Assembly (NCBI GenBank): GCA_951804945.1
Contig: OX638149.1
Coordinates: forward strand, 113,584,001-113,648,000
From: Podarcis cretensis
Lineage: Eukaryota
Reading direction: 5' to 3'
Length of the DNA stretch: 64,000 nucleotides
Under the pieces are notes generated by a model. It was given only the letters and a program-made list of their open reading frames with translations. It ran no database searches and was not told the DNA's origin. Made by a program: the position numbers and the translations under genes. Shown here piece after piece: positions 38,431-53,500 of the stretch. Positions within the stretch are counted from its first letter, which is position 1. Each line of letters starts with the position of its first letter.

Positions 38431-38751
38431 GGGACGTGGGTGGTGCTGTGGGTTAAACCACAGAGACTAGGACTTGCCGATCAGAAGGTCGGCAGTTGGA
38501 ATCCCCGTGACGGGGTGAGCTCCTGTTGCTCGGTCCCTGCTCCTGCCAACCAAGTAGTTTGAAAGCACATCAAAGTGCAAGTAGATAAATAGGTACCTCT
38601 CTGGTGGGAAGGTAAGCGGCTTAGTCATGCTGGCCACATGACCCAGAAGCTGTACCCCGGCTCCCTTGGCCAATAAAGCGAGATGAGCGCTGCAACCCCA
38701 GAGTCAGTCACGACTGGACCTAATGGTCAGGGGTCCCTTTACCTTTACCTT
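38431..38751 (+). mobile_element. Sauria SINE
   Basis: Consensus match; TSD TAATAAACATGGA at 38416-38428 and 38752-38764. Confidence 0.95.
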
Positions 38752-39499
38752 TAATAAACATGGATTAAAGATGTGAATAACATCACATTTATTTTAGTTC
38801 TGATACAGGTGCATGTTAAGATTTTTAAAATATTTGCTGTACTGTTAGGTAGATGAAGCAATTCTGGGTTTACCCATCAGGGCCTATAATTGAGTGAGTG
38901 AGTGAGTGAGTGTTTGTGTGTGTGTGTGTGTGTGTGTTTGTGTGTATTCTAAGCAAGTAAGCTACTTTAACAAAACAATTAAGAAAATATGAGTTCTGTA
39001 GATGACACATGAGACCACATTAATTGTTGTTGCCCCCGAGACTCAAGTCCAGTTTCCAGGTCTCATGAAAATTGAGCTATGATGCCTCTCGTATTAACCT
39101 GAACTATGGAACAAATATTTCTCATAATGAGACCTAGGTGCAGGCATGTTTGACAATTGCATTTGTATAAATGAGGTTTGCACTGCACCACACACAGAGA
39201 AACAGTTTCTTCTCCGCAGCTGAAAGAAAAAATGAAAATCATTTGCCCCCAATGAGTTAAACAACTTTTTTGAGTCCAGGTGTGTGAGTACGTAGGTGGG
39301 ATATAAACTTCGCCATACTACCACACATGGGTTTACTTAGCCTGGGGATGAGTAAAACAAGGGCGAATAAATGTGTCCTGGATGGAATTTGAGTCAGTGT
39401 GGCTGTAGCTTTCGGTGGAACTAGATGATTGGAGGAGTGGTCCCTTTCCTTTGTCAAACTTTCTTCTTCTCCTCCTGCTCCCCCCTCCTGCTCCCTCTG

Positions 39500-39624
39500 C
39501 AATTCACTTCAAGAGTGGAAGGCTCTGAGCCAGTAATAGCCTAGGCAGCGACCTCAGGCAGAAGTCTCTTCTCCCAGACACAGCACTCGTCACCACAGAA
39601 CTTGGTGCATCCAACAAGACAGAG
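39500..39624 (+). other. Probable non-coding first exon of the COL28-like gene
   Basis: Strong donor GAG|GTAAGA at 39625 with a GC box just downstream, 1.8 kb upstream of the ATG exon, which starts at a splice acceptor; 5' end approximate. Confidence 0.45.
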
Positions 39625-40941
39625 GTAAGAACCCTCTCTTGCCCGCCCGCCCCCAAACGACTGCAGTGTTGTGCAAGGGCAAACTGTGCAAGAATTAAGA
39701 TATCTTTTATAGGCACCAGCCTTTTAGCAGGGAGTCGGATTGCTGTAGGCTTTTTATTGCTCATTCCTCAGACGGTTTGAAACCAATACACAAAAGATAG
39801 ATGAAGCAGATTTATGTGTCGGGAGATCGTTATCGCCGCCAAAAAAAAAAATCAAATCCATGTGACTGGCACTTTCTCTGTGTTTATGCTGGGACTATGT
39901 GTGTAGAATACAGGGCAGTGAAATCTCTGCAAGGAGGACTGAAACTCCCCAGTTTTTGCCACCAGCAAGCCATAAAAGTGACAGCAGAGGAAACTGTAAA
40001 ACTAACTGAAGGACAGAGGGACAGGGCTTGTTTATATCTCTGGTGTGAATATTATTCCTTTTTAAATCCCAATTTCATGTTTGGAAACAGCTCCCAGGGG
40101 TGAAATTGAAATTGTTGCAGTATGCGAGTTATTATAGAATCAGGTACTTGACATTGATTTTGGCATCAAACACCAGGCCTTTGGGCAGCTGTTTATATGC
40201 AACAGATTCCTCTTGAATGAGACATACTGATCTATATGTAATGCATCCCTCTTAAATAGAAACCTACGGGTAAAAATTAATTTGCGGGTGTAGATGCACA
40301 ATCTGCCACATTCTTTGTTGTCGTGGTTCAAGTTTCAAGCTGTGCCACCACCTCAACCTATGGAATTGGTGTACAGCTCTGCCTACCTGTCCTTCAGCTC
40401 CACTGTAGACCTTTTGACTGCTTGCCGTCTTTTGGCAGCAGAGTGGGATAAAACCTATGGAAATAACCCAGTGTGGCATAGTGGCTAGAAAATTGTACTC
40501 ATTGGCGTAGGAATTCAAATCCTTGATCTGCCAGAAAGCATTCCAGGTGGTCTAGCGCAAGTTATTATCAATCAGCATACCTTGAAGAGCTACAGTAAAG
40601 TACTTTCTAGATTATTGTTGTTGTTACTTATGACTATTCGGTGCCTCTAACCTAGATGCTGTAGTATTATAGAATTTAAAATGAACAATCTGTCCACATG
40701 TTTGCAGTCTACAGACTGTTGGTGTGTGCGTGGAAATGAAATATAACTTAAATGCTATGAGTTGCTTGAACTCCTTGGAGGAAGGAGAAGATATAAATTT
40801 TCCAAATAATTTTTTTTAGACATAGTAAATATGGCAAAACCTGTTGCTGTATGCAATGGTATCATTGCAAGTGACATTTCCTAGGAAATGTTAGATGAAT
40901 GTATCGTGTGCTTTTATTTGTTTATTTAAGGTATTTATATA

Positions 40942-41167
40942 CAGTGGTACCTCTGGTTATGAACTTAATTCATTTCGGAGGTCCGTTCTTAACCTGAAAC
41001 CGTTCTTAACCTGAGGTACCACTTTAGCTAATGGGGCCTCCTGCTACCACCATGCCGCCGGCACACGATTTCTGTTCTCATCCTGAGGTAAAGTTCTTAA
41101 CCCGAGGTACTACTTCCGGGTTAGCGGAGTCTGTAACCCGAAGTGTTTGTAACCCGAGGTACCACTG
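40942..41167 (-). mobile_element. Tc1/mariner MITE, family A
   Basis: Reverse-oriented copy of 905-1135; TA TSD. Confidence 0.9.
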
Positions 41168-41404
41168 TACTGTTTAATCATTGACATTTATAAGCAATGT
41201 ACATTAAATTACAGTACATTTTAAAAAGCCATCAAAGAACAATTAAAAATCATCATAAAACCTTTTCACTAAGGTGGTAACAAGGCAATCTCCATTTTGC
41301 AAGTAAAAAACTAGCTTTTGTTTGCTTTGCATTTTTGTATTGTGTGCTTTGTTTTGCTTTCGCAATCACAATTTCTTGTGTCTTTTTGGCCAACAAAGCA
41401 AACC

Positions 41405-41561
41405 ATGCCCTCTAGGTTATGGTGGCTTTTGTTCCTGCTGGACCACCAAGTCTTTTTGGCACAAAACACCAACGAAGAAAAAAGAAATGGAATCAGAAAA
41501 CAGAAGCCCAAACCATTTCTCTCAAATGCAGTAGAAAAATATCCCAATCCGAGTGACCAAG
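41405..41561 (+). CDS. COL28-like exon: signal peptide MPSRLWWLLFLLDHQVFLAQ...
   Basis: Acceptor AG at 41397-41398, ACCATG start context, donor AAG|GTGACT; phase 1 fits the VWA exon. Confidence 0.85.
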
Positions 41562-44500
41562 GTGACTACTTTGAATTTTAACAGATTCTTTGAAATGGTC
41601 GGTTCTGATCCCAAAGTTTATCTGGATGGGATTGCTTTGAAATGTATTAAAGTCTGAACACACCTGCGAGGAAGGACTGTGGTGAAGTGGTAGGCAGGAG
41701 TGGCCAATGTGATGGGGTTGGTGCCACTTCCCAACAGTGGTGTTGCTGCTACTTACTGGGAAGGGGCAGGGGTAAAATACAAAACAAAATGGCAGCTGCT
41801 CAGATTCACTTCTCCCCAAACTGTATTTCACCTCACCCCTGAAATATTGGCAAAATGTCGATTTCAAGGTGGGTGGGACTGCTGAGAAATTTCTGAGAAA
41901 TTGTTCTTGTCACTTCAGCCCAACTCTAATGGGAGTAGCATTCTCTACAGTTATCAAATGATTAACCTAGGCCACGTTCACACCATATATATAAAGAAGA
42001 GTTTGGATTTGATATCCTGCTTTATCACTACCCGAGGGATTCTCAACGCGGCTAACATTCTCTTTTCCCTTCCTCCCCCACAACAAACACTCTGTGAGGT
42101 GACTGGGGCTGAGAGACTTCAAAGAAGTGTGACTGGCCCAAGGTCACCCAGCGGAGTGGGTGGAGGAGCGGAGATGCGAACTTGGTTCACCAGATTACGA
42201 GTCTACCGCTCTTAACCACTACACCAAACTGGCTCTCAGTGTGGTCTACTACAGTACCATTTTAAACAGTCATGCCTCCCCTCAAAGAATTCTGGGAACC
42301 GTGGTTTATGAAGGATGCTGAGAGAGTTGTTAGGAGGCCCTTCTCTCCCACCCCACCCCACTGCCACCCCAGAGCCCCAGTTCTCTGTGGAGAGGGTAGA
42401 CGCTTTTGAGAACTGTAACAAACCATAGCTCCCGTAATATGGCTGTAATGTAAATTATTTACCTGGTGATGTGTTATTTCTAGATGAAGACTGCATTCTG
42501 GAAATGGCTTTCCTTCTGGACAGTTCGGAGAGTGCAAAGAACTTCAATCACGAACAACAGAAGAAGTTTATCTTGGAGATAGTGGACAGGATGAAAGGGC
42601 TGCAGCTCAGCTCTGGACGTTCCCTCAGCTGGAGGACGGCCTTGCTGCAGTACAGCAGCACTGTCCTCATAGAGCAAACTTTCAGAGATTGGAAGGGCCC
42701 AGATGCCTTTAAATCCCGCATCGCCCCCATCACCTACATCGGCCACGGCACCTACACCACTTACGCCATCACCAACCTCACGCAGCTCTACATGACCGAG
42801 GGGACTCACGGTAGTGTGAAAGTAGCTGTGCTCTTGACGGACGGAGTGGACCACCCGAGAAACCCAGATATTTTCTCAGCCACTGCCGATGCTAAACACC
42901 AAGGCATCGTGTTCTTCACAGTGGGGATGACCAGAGTGGCCGAGGAGGTGGCCAATGCCGCCAAGCTTCGGCTCCTGGCCAGTGTCCCGGCATCCAGGTT
43001 TGTCTTCAATCTGCAAGAGAAAGGAGTTGTGGAGAGAATTCTCAAAGAAATGGTAGGGACAAAGATTTCAGTGGGGCCTATATAAAGCGTATATTATACT
43101 TAACAGAATATAAGTGTACTCTGCACTTCTAGTATTATAATAATGGTGTCGCCTCTATCCCTGCTCTTCACCCCAGGAGTCCTTGTTCTCAAAGAGACCC
43201 CTGGTGGGGAACGTACTCAAAGAGTTCTGTTACCCGCCTTTCATCACAGGACTCTGCTGTGTTTTGCTTTATATGCAGTGTTTTCTTGCCTGCCTTCCCT
43301 TACATAATTCTTCTCCTGACACCTCCTGTACAGTGTCCACTTCTGCCTGTTCTTCTTCCTCTATTCCCTCCTCATTGCCTTCACCGAGACAACATAAATT
43401 TCTTTTGCAGTTCGTCTCTTTTCCTCCTACCTACTCGTAAATCTCTCTTCTGTGTTTCTCCTCTGTTTCTCCCATACCCCTCCTCCCTGCTGTGACCCCT
43501 AGATGCTGCCCTTTTATCTCTTGAAGGATGCCCACCACCACTTCCAGCTCCCACTCCTCAACTGTGTGTGTCGCCTCAACTGCAGCATTTCTCGAGCTCA
43601 AGCAGGGAGTGAGAACATCTGTCTCTGTCCTTTCACAAATGAGTTGTACCTAAAAACTGACATGAGCAGAAGGCCACACCCTTCACACAACATGGGTTTC
43701 CTCTCCCCTCCTTCCCATGTGGACGAGAATGACTGAAGAAGGCCACAGCTTCAACATTATCTCAGCTGTGGTAGTTTCTTAAACACACACACACACACAC
43801 ACTACTAGATTTTTTGTTGTTGCTGCACAGCTTGGTTTCACTTTTATTCACAAGGCCACATAATAAATTCTGAACTTTTAAGGTTTGTCAATTCAATATG
43901 AATGGGTCCTGACTAGGGCTGGGCCCAAGACATTTTGCTGCCTGAAGTAAGTGACAAGATGAAGTGTGTACCCCTTTGCATTTCATATGCGGAAGGTGAC
44001 TGGATTGGACACTGACCATAAGAAAACATCCTCCTGAGGGCAGCAGGCTAGTTTAGGGGGTAGAAGCAGTATTTCTATCATGACCATTCATTCATTCATT
44101 TTATATATTTAACATCACTGCTTCTAAGTACAGTAAGCCCACAATGTACACAAGGGTAATGTTTCGAGGATCGTGCCTAAAGCCAATATTGTGTCTAGTC
44201 AAAACTCATTGGGTTCAATGGTGGGTGGGATTTCCAAAGCCATTTTCCCCAGATCTCTCTCTCCCCCCCCCCCATCTATCTATCTATCTATCTATCTGCC
44301 ACGCCTGTAAAACTCAATGCGCACAAGTTAACTGCGCATAAGTTATAGGCTTCCTGTAGTTTACAAAGTACAAAACCAGTTACTCAAACATTTACATGTA
44401 AACATTCATAATCAATATTCACAATAAAAGAATCCCTTCAAAATTAATTGGCTTGCAACATAGGATTCTCCAATTTCCAGTGCTTGAACTCTGGGGACAC

Positions 44501-47500
44501 ATTCCTTACATGATGGTAGGCTTTTATACAGTGATATTTTACACTGCATTCCTAATTTGTGGGTTTTAATTGAATCCCTAGGGAGCACGTATCTATGCGT
44601 TGAACAACCAGAAATACCTAGTACTCTGCTTCTTCCTATGATTTGTTGTGTTTGTGTACAAGAAAGGCATATTCTGGCCCTATGTCAGGACCTTCCCAGC
44701 CAGCAATGTCTCTTTTTTCATTTTTCTGATAGTGTGCCTTGTTACTTATAAAATAATTAATTTTGTTTGCACTTATTTGTCTCCCCAGAAAGAACTGGCA
44801 GAAGAAGGGGTAAGTCTTAACTGTGAACTGGGGATGATGGATTACATTTACAACATTTTAAATTAAGAGTGGTGGTGAAACAACAAACTATCTTGCCAAA
44901 ACTATGTTTATTACCATTTCAGTAAATTAAAACCAATAGAAAAAGAAGAATAAGTCTTGCTAAATGATGAGCACTAAAAAGTGACATAAGAAAATGTAAA
45001 TTTGTTTGGTCTTTTATGCCTCTTGCAGTTTCTGGTTCCAGCAATAGTCTGAATATATCTATAATATACAAGTGAAAACACCTAATGCTAACTCCCAAGG
45101 GTATCACATAAGAAAATAAGAAGAGACTTCCTCCATCATGCCAGAAGCCATTTTAGCTTTTTTAGTCCAGTATTGTCTTCTCGGGACGCGGGTGGCGCTG
45201 TGGGTTAAACCACAGAGACTAGGACTTGCCGATCAGAAAGTTGGCAGTTCGAATCCCTGCAACGGGGTGAGCTCCCGTTGCTCGGTCCCTGCTCCTGCCA
45301 ACCTAGCAGTTCGAAAGCACGTCAAAGTGCAAGTAGATAAACAGGAACCGCTCCGGTGGGAAGGTAAACAGCGTTTCCGTGCGCTGCTCTAGTTCGCCAG
45401 AAGGGGCTTAGTCATGCTGGCCACATGACCTGGAAGCTGTACACCAGCTCCCTCAGCTAATAAAGTGAGATGAGTGCCGCAACCCCAGAGTCGGTCACGA
45501 CTAGACCTAATGGTCAGGGGTCCCTTTGCCTTTACTTTTATTGTCTTCTTACAGTGGATAACCAGATGCCTATGAAAAACACACAAGCTGGACACAATCA
45601 CAATTACCGTATAATGTCCTGATTGTGGTGCCAAGAAATTGGCTTTCCAAACCATGCTGCCTCTGTTCCTGGGCATAATACAGTCCTCATGACCAGTAGA
45701 CATGAATAGTCTTGAAAGAGGGGTTTGTCTCATCCCTTTTTTAAAAAGCCATCCAAGTTGGTGGCAGTCACAACATCTTGTGGTAGCAAAGACCAAAGTT
45801 AAACTCTGCTGTATATGAAAAAGAACTGAATCACAGTTGTTAGAGTACTTCTACACCACACAGACATTTGAGATTCCTTCCAGCTATATAGGACTACTAG
45901 AAAAATCTGAAATGGAGATATTTGTAAATTTATCACTTCAATTCAGCACCAGCCAGAAAGCTGAAACATGAACAAGAAGTATGGATTCAATAATGAAATG
46001 AGAAATGTAAGTTTTGACCATGTTGTGGGGGGAACTGTGAAAATATTGATTGAAAAACAGTACTGTAAAGCGATAGGATGCAGTTTCAAGATTAGATCTT
46101 TCCTACTTGTGGTTAAATAAATAAATTATAGGAAAATAAAAGAGCTGTAGAGCTTTCTGCCTAGGTGGGAAGTGATGATTAATTTGTATGGTTATTTCTA
46201 TTCAAAGTGTCCCCAGCCTCCTATATGTAACTGTGAAAAAGGTGAAAGGGGTCTTCCTGGCCCTGCTGTAAGTATCTCCCCCCCCCCATTTACTTTCTTC
46301 TTATTTTATTAAAAAAATATACACCACTTGATTGTAAACAATTCCAGAGTGGTTTACAAAAACCGCTTATTTTTTCATTGGAAAAATAAAAAGTAAATCT
46401 TTTTGGTGGCATTATTTTATTAATTACCTGTTTCATTAAATGCATTAAATTTCATTAAATTCATTTTCTATTTCATTAAATACATATTCAGAGACAACAG
46501 CTGAGTGATCCAGAGAGAATAAGAGGTTCATTCATAAATGATAGGGTCCTTGATTGTGTGGAGAGCCTTCACATTCAGCTGTACAGATGAGGGCTACCTA
46601 CATAACAGCTATAATGTAATGCTAAGCCAAACCATGGTTTAGTGTGAATATTAAAATGTAAGGGTTTTTGAGGAAGAGATTGCAGCTGGAAAGGGAAAAA
46701 CAGCATTATATGATGGGGGGATATAAGCTGGCATGTTGATGCCAATGATGTGTGAATGTTACAGAAACCCTGCGTGTGTGAGAATCACCAGTCTCACAAT
46801 AAACACCTGTCTGGAAGGGACTGCTTCATGATCTGACAAAAGACAGAAGAACCACAGGAAAAATATAGCATGGCAATGATTGGATGATGGTGCCATGAAG
46901 ATGCCCTACAAAAAGCAACTGAGCAAAGCATGGCAATTCCACACTAAATGCCAAGTGTGGAAGCACCCTTAGAATCAAATAATGGTGCCCCCCCTTAAAG
47001 AGTCTAAGAGCACTTCCAGCTCTTAGACTCTTTGGGATGGGGTTCAATCTCATGTTGTGTGGTTGTAAGTGGCTTGGGAGGTCTTGTGGAACGCCCTGTG
47101 GAACGCCCTCCCATCAGATGTCAAAGAGATAAACAACTACCTGACATTTAGAAGACATCTGAAGGCAGCCCTGTTCAGGGATGTTTTTAATGTGTGATAT
47201 TTTAATGTATTTTTAATCTTCATTGGAAGCTGCCCAGAGTAGCTGGGGAAACCCAGCCAGATGGGCGGGGTACAAATAATAAATTGTTGTTGTTGTTGTT
47301 GTTATGCAACAAGCTTGCTTCCCCAAAAGATTGGATATATTTATTTATTCATTTGCAACAAGTAGTGAGAAAATGCACTGGAAAGTGTAGGGTTTTGTCA
47401 TGTATTTTTGTGCATAGCTGTCAATGTTTCCCTTTTTTAAAGGGAAATTCCCTTATTCCAAACAGGATTCCTTGCAAGAAAAGGGAAAAGTTGACAGCTA

Positions 47501-50500
47501 TGATTTTTGTGCTTTTATACTGTAAACCACCCTGTGATCCTCAGATGAAGTGTGGTATATGAATGTAATTAACAACAACAAGAACACTTGCTTTAGCATT
47601 TTGTTGTTGCTTAGTCATTTAGTTGTGTCCGACTCTTCGTGACCCCATGGACCAGAGCACGCCAGGCACTCCTGTCTTCCACTGCTTCCTGCAGCTTGAT
47701 CAAACGCATGTTGATAGCTTCGAGAACACTGTCCAACCATCTCTGTCGTCCCCTTCTCCTTGTGCCCTCCATCTTTCCCAACATCAGGGTCTTTTCCAGG
47801 GAGTCTTCTCTTCTCATGAGATGGCCAAAGTATTGGAGCCTCAGCTTCAGGATCTGTCCTTCCACTGAGCACTCAGGGCTGATTTCCTTAAGAATGGGAT
47901 AGGTTTGAACTTCTTGCAGTCCACGGGACTCTCAAGAGTCTCCTCCAGCACCATAATTCAGAAGCATCAATTCTTCGGCGATCAGCCTTCTTTATGGTCC
48001 AGATCTCACTTCCATACATCACTACTGGGAAAACCATGGCTTTAACTATACGGACCTTTGTTGGCAAGGCGATGTCTCTGCTTTTTAAGATGCTGTCATC
48101 TAATTGCCCAGGGTGAATGCTTAATAAAAAAGGGCACCTGGAAACACCCTAATAGAAAACATATGTTCATGAAAACATTATTTTCTACCAATGAGCTGTT
48201 TGAAAGCTGAGAATGACCCGGGAAAATGCATTCTGACCAATGTAGCTCTTGCACAGATTGGAGCATGACTTGCTTTTAAGCTTCAGGTGTGAGAGGGAAA
48301 TCTTTAGAACTTTACTTATTTCCTGCAATCATAGAATCATTTTATTGAGAATATAAACCAAGAGGTCTCTCTCTCTCCCCCCCCCTTTCTTTGCATGTTT
48401 AAACATGCAATTAACAGATGAAGTTTAAACCCAAGGCTTTCCATTTAACTTCCCTCTGTTGTTTTTCTGCTTCCAGGGTAAAAAGGGTCGTCCTGGTGAT
48501 GATGGAGCCCCTGGTCCAAAGGGCGTGAAGGTAACATGACATTGGATTTAATTGAAATGCTCATTGATTAACATTAGTGATGGGAGCATGTTGAAATAAA
48601 AGCATGCTCAGTCACCACATGGCAGTTTACAACTGAGGGTGTATAAATCATTCTAAATCAGTGGTTCCCAACATTTTATTTTTGGGAGGCCATGCCCCAC
48701 CTAAGCATCTCTAAAATCCTGATGCACCCCACCCCCCGTGACATATAATTATTATTCAAAAAGTGAACTCCTATTCATGTGGAGGAAGCCTAAAAGGCCA
48801 TTAACTGTTAATAACTCATTCTTGAATTGCGCCCCTTAAAAATCAAATTGCCCCCCTGTGGGGGGGTGCCCTACGTTGGGAACTACAGTTCTAAAACATC
48901 CACATTTCTGAATATGAATTATGTTTTGCATTGAAGATGGAGCTAGTTTGAACAGCAGGGTACATTTTTCCTATCTGTTTTCAGCAATATATAATGTAAT
49001 CTTAACGTAAAAGGACAACATTTTCACTGACTACAGAATGTTAAGCAAAGTAATAACCCAACACCCTGATGCTTCTAGGGGGAGCCAGGCTTAAATGGAA
49101 TTCCAGGAAGAGACGGAACAGAGGTAAAAAATTTGTGTGTGTGTATTCTATTATGTATTTATTTGCTTTGAGGGAAACTCCATTATTTAAAAACAAACCT
49201 GCCCCATATATATCACTGCTCCTTTTTTATCTCATTTTTACTTTTTGGGTATATCTTCTTAAAATGCAAGAGAATATAAAGAAGGGTGTGAAGAAAATAA
49301 CTTGTAAGCAGCAATGTCAAAGGGCAATAAAATGCTAAAAAAGACTGCTCATTCTACTCATGGTTATGTAAGATCCACTTTGAACAATAACTTAGCAACA
49401 TGTAAGCCATTGCTACTCTCAAGTCCTAAGGTCTCACATAAAACCTCTGTCATGTGATTCAGGTTGCCCGCGTGCTTCCAAATCATGTCAGCAATATTTC
49501 TGCCGTATTTCCAGGACTGGAATGACATGGGAAATGGCTGGCTTTTGGCACTCGCAATGGTACCCAATGGCATTTGCAGTACCAGCTTTATTACATATTT
49601 TCATATCTGAAGCATAAATCAAGATAATACTCACTCTACACACAAGAGCTCATTGGTCTGCTTTTGGAGTGTTTTTCATCACACAGATCTAGTGATGGAA
49701 AGCAGTACCCATTCTGAAATTTGCAGAGCAACTTCTGAAACTTTTCTAGGGTTTGATTTCTCCTCCCCACTCCACCCCAAAGGCAAAGAGACCTTAATCA
49801 CCAAATGCAAGCAAAGCAGGCTGGATGAAGCCAGCCAATAAATTTGTCATTTCTGTTACCCATTCTAAAACTCTGGATTAATAAGTAAGATTTATTTCCC
49901 TAGTACTTGCCATAAATTTGCTGCTGCTGCTGATATATGTATGTATACCCTTACAGATAAAATAGGAGCAGCTAAAAAGACAGCCGGGGGGGGGGGCAGG
50001 AACCAGAATTAGTAATTACTGTTTAGTGTCAGTAGTAATTTAATCAATATGCATTCTGCTCTTCTTCTTTTTCCCATCAGGGAAAGTCTGGATACAAAGG
50101 AGAAAAGGTACGATATTTCACCTTCTTGAATCAACTAGGTGCTAAAGACCAATACAGCCATATTGATTTCCTGGATTTGAGGACAAAGAATTTAGCATCT
50201 GAAATAGAATGGGAATGGGTGGGGGATAAAGCACTGGCAAGAACATTACACATTTTTCAAAGTAATGATTGATTGTGCTTTTCTCAATCTAAGGGTGAAA
50301 GAGGCGAATGTGGAACACCAGGAATAAAAGGCGACAGGGTAAGTAATTATCTGATGGTCAACTACATCAGATTGCAATGTAAGGACTTGTATAATCAGAA
50401 ACTGTGCCGCTCATAGAACTTCTAGGCCCAGTGCTGCAATAGTAGTGTGAGCAATGTGTAAACATCACCATTATGATAATTATTATTAGGCCTTATACCT

Positions 50501-53500
50501 GTAGTCCACCTTTTCCTCCAAGGAACTTGAGGTAGCATACTTGGTTATCCCTCTCCTCATTTAATCTCCACAACAACCCTTTGAGGTAGGTTAAGCTGAG
50601 AGGCAGAGACTAGCCCAAGGTCACCCAATGAGCTTCATGTCTTAGCGGGGATTTGAACCCTGGTCTTCTAGGTCCATGTCTGACATTCTAACCACTATAC
50701 CACACTGGGTGTCATGGGTAGGGGTGGGGAGAAAGAGAGACTTAAAGGTAAAGGTAAAGGGACTCCTGACCATTAGGTCCAGTCGTGGCCGACTCTGGGG
50801 TTGCGGCGCTCATCTCGCTTTATTGGCCAAGGGAGCTGGTCATGTGGCCAGCATGACTAAGCCGCTTCTGGCGAACCAGAGCAGCGCATGGAAACGCTGT
50901 TTACCTTCCCTATTTATCTTCTTGCACTTTGATGTGCTTTCAAACTGCTAGGTGGGCAGGAGCAGGGACCGAGCAATGGGAGCTCACCCCGTTGCAGAGA
51001 TTCGAACTGCCGACCTTCTGATCGGCAAGTCCTAGGCTCCATGGTTTAACCCACAGTGCCACCTGCGTCCCAAAAGAGAGACTGACTGGAGAGAAAATAG
51101 TCCTGAAATGCTAGGTACATATTTGCAGAGAGCGTGATAATACAAACTGGATTTTTAAATATCTAGTTTGACGTTAGCCTTTCTGCCCATGTTTCAATTA
51201 TCCTTCCACATTTGAATCATTTTGTTTTTCCCTTGCTGGCGATTCACTGTATGATTTGTAATATTTTGCACTGTATATGGGCTCACATATAATTTCTCCT
51301 CTTATCACTCAGGGTCCAGAAGGCCCAGGTGGACCAAGAGGCCTCCGAGGTCTTCAGGTAAATGAACAGAGAGTGGAAGTGCTTTGCTTCAAAACTGTGC
51401 TAGCTGCCATCTTTCTGAAGCTAAATTGTCCCTCCTCTGAATTATATGTTGGCTGTCAGTCACTAATGCCAACTCCCCATCCCATCACTCTTCGTGTCCC
51501 TGGAACTGTGGGCTATCTATATCCAACTGATCACTGCATTCTGCAGGTGAGGACTTCCTGTAGATACTTGTCATCAAGAAGTCTGTTCTGTACAGTGTAG
51601 GAATCAGACCTTTAGTGTGGTGGCACCTACCCTTTGAACTATCTCCTGTAGTGTATCAGACCGGTACCATCTCTAGTATTATGTTTTTAAGGCGCCTATT
51701 GAAAACCTTCCTTTTCCAACAAGGCTTTTAAGTGGAGATTTTTCTGTCTCTCTGTGTGTTTGTATTGGACTCGAAATAATGTTTTAATTGTTGGTGTTCT
51801 CATAGTTAAGTCACTTCAAGATGTTTTATGGGATGTGCTTAATAAATGAAATAAATCAGTAACCCATGGTTAACAAGCTGATGAATGACTGACCTTCTTC
51901 TGTTTCTTCCTGTATTTAGAGAACTAGTCTCTGTAGTCCTCTCATACCTTTAACAAAGGGGGTGGGGAACACACATGGGGGGGTTGTGTCACAGAGAAGG
52001 GAAAGCCTTTTCACAGCCATTTTCTTTAACCATTAGCCTAATATGGTTAAGGTAGCAATGCCCAAGTCAGGATTCTCCAGCAGGCTGAAAGACCTTTCTT
52101 GTGGGTTGCCAGTCTGCTAGTAATTGGTTTTATGAGCTAAAAGCACAACAGACAGAAAGAAACTTACAGATCAGGGCTTCAAATGGAAAAACAAATGCCA
52201 TATGATACAGGTTTTTGAAGGCCATGAAACTAAAGGCAGTGTAATCATTTCCAGTGCAAAACGAACCAGGATAGACAGATGATAAGTGAATGTAATAGGC
52301 AAATATCACAATTATTTGAACACTGAATAAACTGTTTTGTGTGGATTGAAGTAAAACAGTCATATTCCTATTTAACGATGCACTCAACCAAGGTCTTTTT
52401 AAAAAATAAATAAAAAATGCCTTCCTGTTTAACAGGGTTCCCAAGGACTGCCTGGAGACCAAGGACCTGAAGGAATGCAAGGATCAAAGGCAAGACTCTT
52501 AACATTAATTTAATTCTAAACGCTGTAAGAGATTGCTGCTACCTTTGCTATTTTGGGGCCCACTTTTGCTTTCACTCACGTTGGCCCAGTTCATGCGCCA
52601 TATGAAACTGGAAAACCAAAAACTGTTAAAAAGAAACATGGTGCCCTGCAGATGTTGTTGGACTCCAACTCCTCTCAGCCCCAGCCATCATGACAAATGG
52701 TATGGGATGATGGGAACCGTTGGCCAACAACCTATGGAGGTTTCCCCACTGGCTACCACTGTAAACCATGGCTTGGAAACCCACTGCCTTCCAGGTGTGG
52801 TTGGACTCCCAGTTCCCATCAACCTCAGCCACCATGGCCAATGATCAAGGATGATGGGAATTGTAATCTGGTAACATCTGGAAAGGCCCACAGGCTCTTC
52901 ATCCCTGAGGAAAATGTTGCTACTATTCAGATATTTCCTCTGCTATGAATTCTATCCATCTTAGCTGTGCTGAAACTGACTTTTCCGGCTGTGTCTGCAA
53001 AACCACCAAATGGAACATCTAAGAAGCAAGAATCAACTCCGTTGTCATTCAACAGTGAGATGTCATAAGACATTCCACATCACAAAAAAATCCCCTTCAA
53101 GGCACTTCAGCCCATTCAGAGCTTTGTATGGCTTTAAGCCGCAGGGAACCATTAAAGTACAGCTCATAAATAACACCTTGTTGAGGCTTTTTATGACACT
53201 TGAATTTCTTCTCAAAAGCAAGAGAAAGCTATTTTTTCTCCAGGCCATCTCTCCAACAATGGGACAGTACATTAGTATTAATTAGTAAGAAATAGATCCA
53301 CACACAACTGCTTTCTTCCACTTTGAGATTATTTTTGTTACCACGCTGTTCTGTATTCCGTGAGGAAAACAGTCTTCATAGCAATTCAGCTTGCGTTTGG
53401 CTTTCATGCTGGTTACTGTGCATGTAGCAACCCAGAAGGTCACATTAGACTCTTTCAAAAGTGTTTTTCTTGAGAATCTCATGGAGAGGGGGATTGATTG

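Noticed and set aside
42471-43085. 204-aa ORF as a standalone VWA gene
   Set aside because: It is an internal exon (42484-43052); the listed start and the C-terminal tail are intronic.
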